A stretch of 64,000 nt of DNA, taken from assembly GCA_000708835.1 (NCBI GenBank), contig DF237427.1, forward strand, positions 1-64,000, in the 5' to 3' direction. The position numbers and the translations under genes are program-made. Origin of the DNA: Klebsormidium nitens (lineage: Eukaryota; Plantae; Klebsormidiophyceae). This document shows positions 37,801-46,800 of this stretch, one piece after another (within the stretch, counting starts at the first letter, position 1; every line of letters begins with the position of its first letter). The notes under the pieces were generated by a model that worked only from the letters and a program-made list of their open reading frames with translations, was not told where the DNA came from and ran no database searches.

Positions 37801-40800
37801 GTATATACACTCCTTATCTCGACAAATTCTTGCAACAAGCGGTCTTGTTTCGACAAATCCTTATGACCCAAAGTGGGTTTTAAAGGAAGGACGGGCCAGC
37901 CGGTAAGCTTGATTCTCACCTCCTGTTTTGCGGTTAGCGTCTTATCCCACTGGGTTAGTCGTTGCGTGTCGTTTGCAATGCGGTCGCGCTCTGCAGTCAC
38001 CTCTCTCTGCCGTACGGAAACCTCCTCGGACGACGCTCGGACACGTGCTTCGTGGTCCGACACCGACTGCAAAATCGTACATACATTATCAATCATCCGG
38101 CATTTCACAAGGTGGCAGTATGTATAGTATGACAGTCTAGCAGTCATCATCTTGCTTTGCGGGGCAGGAGACGGGCACTTGACATAAGTTCGCGCTCTGC
38201 GCTGAGCTCTCTTTGTCATACGGAGACTTTTTCGGACGACGCTCGGACACGTGCTTCGTGGTCCAAACCGACTGCCAAAGGGAACACGATTTTGTCCGGA
38301 CTTTTCAGCAACCCTGGCGATCTGAGACTCGAGAGTCATTTAACGATGACTTTGCTTTGCAGGACTGTGCTTTGGTGTTCAAGAATGGATTGCGCGATCG
38401 ACCAGAGATTGTCTGGACTATGCAAGATTCCTATCTGGCAGGCAATGGAGATATTTTGAGGGTTTCTGCTTTGCAGGGCAGAAGACCTTTCGACCGTCTC
38501 CTTGCCGGTTGCTGAGATGCTGAGACGAATTTGCAGCCTTCTCGCATTTAGTACAAAGAACGGATTTAGAACAGGGCGGAACGAGACGGCTTTGACTCGA
38601 ACGAGTCAGTTTGCGGTGCGCTGGTTCGGACAAGGCAAGAAGCCCCTCAAGGCATGGTTCCGACGAATTTAAGCTTGGAAGAGCATTTGTAACAGGAAGA
38701 TGAAGCGAAACTCCTCATATTGGATAAGCGACGTTCCATTGAATCAAAGAGTCCTCGTTCAGCGAAACAAATGCTGAGAATCAAGGGGAAAGGTGAACTG
38801 TGGGACGCTCGCGTGCAACTCGTCACGATCTTCCTGCAAGCTGCAGCAGTCATCTCAAACAAAGACATGCTTCTAGAGTCTGTCTTCCTTTAAGAGGAAG
38901 TGGGGATGGAAGCGAAAGCGCAATTTGAGCGGAACCGAGTACGGAAGCGGAAGCGGAACAGGAACAGGAAATAAACCGGAACTCACCGCCGCAATCGCGT
39001 CCCTCCGCCTCGCCTCCCCGCTGAGCAGTCTCAAGAACTGAAGCCGTGAAACGGAAGCAGTGGAAGCAATAGAGAAACATCAGCGGAAGCGGCCCCGAAA
39101 CCGGAAACGGAACCGGAAACGGAACCGGAACTTACCGCCGCAATCGCGTCCCTCCGCCTCGCCTCCTCGCTGAGCAGCTTCGCCCACCGCTGCAGCGCCT
39201 CCTCCCGCCGGACCAGCTCAGCGGCCGCCACGTGGCGCCCAACCAGAGCCTGCCACGTGTCGTCCCCTCCTTTCTCCGCCTCTCCCTTTCCGACTTCCGC
39301 GAAGAGGGGCTCGGCGGAGTAGCCCAGGTCTTCCAGCCGTAACGGAACGTGGCCTTTTCGACCCGGCGGCAAGTGGGAACCATATCCGTCTTTGATCTGA
39401 CCTCGCTCTAGTTCCCACGCCTTTCTGCTTCCTTGGCCCTCTGATTCCTGAGAATGGACAACCATCTTTGCCGCATTCGGAACGGCTCCGTCAGCACCAT
39501 CGTGCCTTTCTTCTCCGCTCGGCATCCGGTTTTGAGCTTCGCCCCACCGGGCCGATTTTGCCGCTTGTCGACCTTGGCCATTGGGATTCAGTGTTTCTTG
39601 AGATTGAGCGCCGCGTGTTTTTTGAGATTGTGCGTCGCTCAAAGATTCTAGATTCCGATACTCTCCCCACGCCGCGTCGCTTGAGGGTTCAGGGTTTTGG
39701 GCTCCGACCCACCGCTCCCCGGTTTGCGACTCGCGCCTCGCAAGCGCGCCCAACGCTTCCTTCACAACAACCGCTGCTTTCTCGATCTCGGCCCTTTCTT
39801 TCGTCGCCTTCTCCGCGTCTCTCCTGGCGTCGTTTCTCAGCCGTTCGATTACCTGGCGCTCGGCGGAGACCTCGTTTCTCTCGCGCGCTAGTTGCGCCTC
39901 CTTGGCTTCGAGTTCGGAAGTCCGGGCTTCGGCGGAGGTGTGAACGCGCCGTGCCCGCTCCTCCTGTTCTCTTGCTAATTTGGCAGCGCTGCTGGCCTGA
40001 AAGGGCAGCAGAACGAAGCTTGTGAACAAGAAGACCTTCTGCTGACTGTCAAACCTGCAAAAACGAAACGTTCAGACGAGCACCGCTCTTCATTCCTCTA
40101 GTTCAAGTTGCCGTGATGCCAAATAGAAAATGCAGCGCAGGTGCTGGACTGGGGCGAAATTGGCGACGAATCATTGGGACCATAATCCGCTAGCTCGACT
40201 TCGACCACCTTCCCGCTGCACTGTTTCAAAAGCCATTTCTCCTTACCGAGCAAACTCGCTAATGATAGGTTAAAGCGGACTTTGCACTCTTTATTGACGG
40301 TCGCACTTCCTGCCATTCGTTCAACGCAGCCTGGCGGCCTGGTAAGCCAGTTTCGCAGAGCTCTGGACTCGAACCTCAGAATTTCATAGTTGTCTGCCGC
40401 CATTGGTCGATGTCTTTGCTTACTTCGAAGCCCAAGCAGTAAGTTCACGAAACCCGAGACACAAGCTCCCACAGACTACAGCTCTTTGCGTCAAACTTAT
40501 CTTCAAGTGCCTGGAGCATGGTCCTCCATCTTGGAGTCCAATCAAATTGGAAAGATATGCGACAACTCGAGATGCGTAGCAATACAAAAAAGATCATACG
40601 TGTTGATAGAAGGATGAAACAGACAGCGGTAGTGCGGACAAATTGAATCAACCCACCTGCGCTGCCTCCTCCTTGGCCGCACGTTCCCGCTCCCCCACAA
40701 CCCTCTCCGCCTCCCGCACCCTCTCCTCTCTAGTTTCCACCTCGCGCTCTCGTTTCTCTGCGCGCTTGCGCGCCTCCTCCAAGGCGCGCGCGCGCTCCTC

Positions 40801-43800
40801 CGCTTCGACCGCCGCGATCCTTACCGCTTCTTTTTCTTTCGCAAGCTCTTCTCCCCGCCTGACTAGTTCTTCCCGCGTGCTTGCGGCGGATCGCGCCGCG
40901 CGATCGAGCTCGGACGCGCGCGTCATGGAGGTGTGTTCGCGTTCGCCGAGGTTTTTCTCCCGCTCCTCTAATTTGGCTTGGAGGACTGCCAGTGCGGCGG
41001 AGTCCTTCGAGAGGCGTTCGGAGCGGGAGGCGACGTCGGACTCGCGGGCCGAGAGAGATGTCTCGAGCTCGGACTGAAGACGACTGAGTGAAAATCAGTG
41101 AACTGACAAGGAAGGCTGGAAGCAGAAAGTTTCGGACCAAAGCCGTCAGATTTTGGTAGAAGGGCGGATAGCAAGGCATAAAACTCGCTCGAAGCGTGCT
41201 AAGAACAATCTTGAGCAGAGTGTCAGCAACAACAAGGTAAGGGGAATGGTTTCAAGAGCTTCGGCTAATGCGGCCTCTCTTAAAAGGGAAAAGATGGGGC
41301 GAGTGAACCTTCAGAAACAAGATTTTGATTAGAGAGTACGGACATCAAGGATGCAAAGGAGATGTAAATATCATGCGCTTCTAGGCTTTCAATTGGGACC
41401 CTTGTCTGTTTGATTTGGACGGTACGTCCGCCGATTCCCAACGCGCCTCGCTATCATGAAGTAAAACAAAAATTCTGAGGAAAGGACTGAAATGAACATG
41501 AAGTCGTTCTGGGTCCTTACCACCTTCTTGTCTGCTACCGCCTCCTCCCTTCTAAGCCGCTCCTCCCACTCTGTCAGCACCGCTTCCCGCTCCTCAATGT
41601 GCCTCATCGCTTCCGCTCTTACTTCTTTTCGCCACTGTTCCATCCCCTCCTCCTGAGCCACTAGCTCCGCGGCACGTGTCTGCACCGCACGCCGTTCTGA
41701 CAGAACGGCTGCCGCCTCTGCTTTCGTGTCGGCAGCTTCTTGAAGGGCGGCCAAAGCAGATGCTTGGATCTCCTCCGCCTGGTGGACCAGCAGAAAGTAC
41801 ATTCAGCTTTCGTTTTGAAAGAGAACAATCGTGATCTAGTTATTGGAAGCACGTGTCTGCACCGTGCGCCAGTTCTGACAAAACCGCCGCCGCCTCCGCT
41901 TTTGTGTCAGCGGATTCTTGGAGCGCCGCTAGAGCCGATGCTTGGATCTCTTCCGCCTGAATCAGGGAAAGAAAGGTAGTGAAACGCCTCTAAATTTCGC
42001 CTTCGAATTTTAGTCCAAAATCAAGTTGTCCTGTCGATCGCAGAGGTGTGTGTTTCCACACCGCGCCGTTCTGACAAAACCGCCGCCGCGTCCGCTTTTG
42101 TGTAAACAGCTTCTTCGAGCGCTATTAGGGCAGATGCCTTCAATCCCTACGCCTGTGGGCAGAAATGAGATGAGTAATTCTCTTGTTGAAATCATTCGCC
42201 TTGAGGTACTCTCGGCGGCACGTGTCTGCACCGCACGCTGTTTTGACAAGAACGTTGCCGCCTCCTCTTTCCTGTCGGCGGCCTCTTGGAGCGCCGCTAG
42301 AGCGGATGCCTCAATGTCTCCTGCCAAGAAGCATTCATACAAACCAACGTCACCTTTCCTTCGAAATAGCAAACGCCTAAACTGCTAATCTGTGGAGCTC
42401 TTGCACCTGAAGAGACAACCGACAAGAGTTCGTTGCTAAGACCAAAAACGAGCCCCGTGCAACTATATCGGAACGTCACTCGGGCCTCTTAATGCTGCAC
42501 CCAGGATGTGTTCGACGGAGTTTTCGAAACCTACGACAAAGGCAGGGAGTATAGGATATCATCGGAAATTATCGAGTTCGTACTTAAGGAATTGCAGACT
42601 GGCCATGCAACATCCTGGAAGCTAGATTGAGGTGCCCGAATCAGGCTTTCAGGCTGCTGATGACGCCCCTTCCCTTACCTGCTGTTTCGCCTTCCGTGCA
42701 GCCTCTTGCGCCTCCCCTAGTTCCTTCCTCTTCTTCACCGCCTCCTCCTCCCACTTCGCCTTCGCTTTCGCCCAGTTCTCCTCCCGGTCCGCCAGTTCCC
42801 GTTCCGCCACGCTCGTTTTCCGCCGGAATTCCCTCAGCTCCCGTTCGAGAGCTTGCTGTTCGGACGCCATTTCTGCGCGCGCTTGCTCGCGCTCGACTTC
42901 GAGGCGCGCTTTCATCGCGCCCCGCTCGCGGATCAGCGCGGCGAGTTCCTCATTGGCGGATTCGACGGCCTGGCGAAGGCTGGCGGCTTCCTCGCGAGCG
43001 CCTGGAATGAAGAGGGTGACGCAAGAATCGTTTTTGCAAGTCTGGTAACTAAAGAGTGACTTAACAGCGGGGTGACTTAAGATAAGCACCCGGGGGACGG
43101 GTGGGGTTAGCATGGTGGTTAGGGTGGGTTCGGGTGCGGAGCGGGTGATTATCTGGGTTAGGGTTTTTAGTTTGTTTGGTCGGGGATTGTGAATCTTAAG
43201 TCACTCACCCGTTAAGTCACCCCGGAGTTACCAGTATGTTTTTGCATCGTAGTTTCGCAGGCTGTAGCGCCTCTTCGTGGCCCGCCGCGAAGTAACACGC
43301 AGATTGCGTTTCCGGAATCGACGGCCTGTCACCATCGCGGGGCATCCTTATGGGCACCTTAGGTAGAGTTGGTCATGTCAGAAAGTCCATACAACAAGGT
43401 GGCAACATATAACACGGAGACAACGGGATGAGTCTTCTAAAGTACACGCTTGTGGAGTCGATGGACGTCCTGGCGCAGGCGGGATGCTTCCTCTCGCGCA
43501 CCTGGTAAGAAATGATGGTCATTTACAAACTTAAGTGACAGTTTCCCAGATTCTTATTGTTCCTAGCGCCCCACTTTGAAACAAAGCGCCTTCATCGCGC
43601 CCCGCTCTCGGATCAGCGCGGCAGGCTCACAGAGGCGGGACGGCTTCCTCCCAAGCGCCTGAAGGAGACGATAACGTGAGCTGATAGGTTGCATAAGAGG
43701 CTCGAAATTTGGTACGGCTCCCGCGCGACTTGAAGGCAGAGCGATTTTTTGGAACACACTAATGGTCCGGCGGATTGACTTTTCCCTTAGCCCACGCGAC

Positions 43801-46800
43801 GGCCTGGCGCAGGAGTGAGGCTTCGCTCTCTGCACGGTGAATACGGTGTTGGGAATGGAGGACGTACCAAGTAATCTGGCGAGCTGCTGGAGGGAGGGAG
43901 GAGACAAGGATTCAAGACTCGTCACGGTCGCAAGGTCCTTGTGCGTGGACAGAAAGAGAAAACAAAGGCGGGGACACGTTCTCGTACGGACATGCTGAAC
44001 CCAAAAGGAGATGTGGGGTCCGGACATTCTCGCTAGACGAGGAGAACGACGCGCAGAGCTAGGAGTTCACAAAGTTCGTCGAACGACTCGACACCTGACC
44101 TTCTGTACCTTCGCACCGAGATGACAATCATTCTCACCTGCAAGGATACGCTCCGCCTGTGTTTTCGCCTCTTCTCTCCCCGCCCTCGCAGCGCTCTCGG
44201 CCGCCACTGCTGCGGCGCGGGCCCTATCTGCTGCGGCCGCCTCCGCCTTCATTCGTCGCAGGTCGTCCTCTATCGAGCCTCGATTCCCGTCCAACAGCTT
44301 CGCCTGAAGAAGAAAAGGTAGACAATTTGGTGGACCTACTTAAGCGTGAACTGCGCTGCCGCATTCAACTTCGCGTTCGACTGTGGCAAATCTGTCGCCA
44401 ACCATTGTCCACATTTCTTCCAACTTTGCCCGTGGAAAGCGGAAAAGATAGAGGGACCAGCGCAAATGTGTGGCGTACACGAAACGCGGAATCCTGCAGC
44501 TGATCTTTTGGAGGTATTGTTCGTCTTAGCCTTCAGATTGTTGCAGCAAATTTGTCTGCAATTCGCCTCGTTCAATTATGGCACCTGCAGAACGATAGGG
44601 ACAGTGCTGATATCAAGCCGCACCCGTACCACAGCACCGTCTCGCACCGGGACTCTTTCCGAGTTTATTTTGTTCAACCTGAAGCCCACGGCCACAAAAT
44701 CTAGACTCTGACGTCCGGGTAGCTAGACACCAAAAGACGGGAGCGAAAATGGAATTACATTTTCCGGAGCGCACCTGCATGGACGCATCCTGCATCGCGG
44801 CTTCCGCCCGCTGCATCTCCCTCTGCACCGCCACCTTCTGCTTCTCGATCTCCGCCCGACTTTCCGCCAGTCTCCGCTGCGCGTCTCTCTCTGTTCCTTC
44901 CAGTAACGCCTGGCGTTCCGCCAGCCCCGCTTCCCGTTCCGCTAAATTGGACTCCAGTGCTTGGACACGTGCCCACGTCGAGCGGAGCTCTTCCTCGGCG
45001 GCAGCACGCGCGCGCTCTGCCTCGGCGCGCAAAGATTCAGCGGCAGTGATCATCTCGTCGGCGACCTGCAGAGTTAACGGACAGTTATTCGCCCAAGTAC
45101 GGTAGAGCGACGGATTGAAAGAAACGAGGACCGGACAACAAGTGGAGTGGCGCGCGCGCGCTCTGCCTTGGCGCGGAGAGATTCGGCTGCGGTGATCATC
45201 TCGTCGGCGACCTGCGGGAGAAAACGACGCTCTTATTGATCGCTCACTCACGGAAGAAAGCTTATTGAGAAAGTCAAGCACTATACAATGAGAGAAGTTC
45301 TTTCTGGTGGCGCACGGGCGCGCTCAGCTTCTGCGCGGAGGGACTAGGCTGCGGTGATCATCTCGTCGGCGACCTGCAGAGTCAAGGGACCGTTACTTGG
45401 TCGCCATCCACGGTAAGAAGCGGATTAACGAATTCGAGCACCATACAACGAGAGGAGGTCTTCTCAGCTTAGCGCGTGCGCGCTCCGCTTCGGCGCGGAG
45501 CGATTCAGCTGCCGTGATCGTATCGTTGGCGACCTGCAGAGTCGAGGGCCACCAACTCGGTCGCCCAGAAGCGGATCGAGAAATCGAGCGAAGAAATAAG
45601 CAGAGTTCCTTTTTTAGCGGCGGCGTGCGCCCTGCCTTGGCGCGGAGCGACTCCGTTGCGATTATCATCTAGTCGGCGACTTGCGAAGTCGATTGCCAAA
45701 CATGTGCTCCCCCACCCACGGTAGCGACAAGAATGAGAAATCGTAAACGAGCGGAGCTGTTCCGATCGGCGGCCCCACACGCCCGCTCTGCCTCAGCGCG
45801 GAGCGATTCAGCTGCGGTGATCATTTCGTCGGCGACCTGCGGGGGAAATTGATAGCCATCTGGTCGCCCCCAGTATGACAAGCGACTCGAAGAGATCGAG
45901 CCACGTCTCTTGATCGGGATGGAAGACACAATGGCAACGTAGTATCGGGATGAATCGAGTAAGAAGAGAACAGGTGAAATTGCAAACCTTGCGGCGAGAA
46001 GGAGCTTTGGAGACCGGAGTTGATTGTTGCGACCTTTGCTGTATTGTACTTTTCAAAGGTTATTGACCAGGACGAACTTTGTTGGTGGTGATGAATGGAG
46101 TCGGACCACTCTGAGATCACACACTCCGGGTGCGTCTCCCTTGCTTATGACCAGAACAAGCTTTCGTGACTCTTCCCGTCAATAGTCCAGCTTAGCGACC
46201 AACTCTTTTAAAGTGTTTCTTTCAAGCTTACCCACCGCATATAGAGGAGGCCCCTTTTCCGGAGAATTTCAAACGACGTTGATCAAGCATAACAAGAGAA
46301 TGAGGCTACCGCCTCAAACACACCAGCTCATTCTCGGCAGCCGCTTTCTCGCTGACCTCCAGCATATGCGCCCTGACTCCTGATCACACTCCCAGAAAAT
46401 AACAAAACCCTCGACTTCTCCAAAACTTCGATGACTTCCACCACGAACCAGAAGTAGAACAAGATTACTCCTCTGGACTCACCAGCTCATTCTCGGCAGC
46501 CGCTTTCTCTCTGACCTCCAGCATATGCTCCCACGCAGCCAGCTTGCTCCGGTCACTTCCCCCCTGGATGTGAAAAGCCGCGGTCTCTAGTTGTTGCCGG
46601 GCCGCAGCCAGCTTGGTTTGAACTCCGTCTTTGGGGTTCTTCACCCCGGGACCTAGCACAGTGGACACTGCAGTATAGGTTGCCGACCGACAACGAAAGC
46701 ATTGGAGTCGTGGGTCAGAGTCATTCAGTAGAAATGTGCCACAGCATGACACACAATGAAGATTGAAATTTCTTTTGCAAAGAATAATCGTACGTCATAC

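Noticed and set aside
22090-45105. Many long + strand ORFs rich in S/R/A/L (e.g. 22090-22575, 34112-34783, 39468-40025, 40643-41077, 44749-45105)
   Set aside because: They are antisense shadows of the E/A/R/K-coding minus-strand exons, with no independent splice or start signals.
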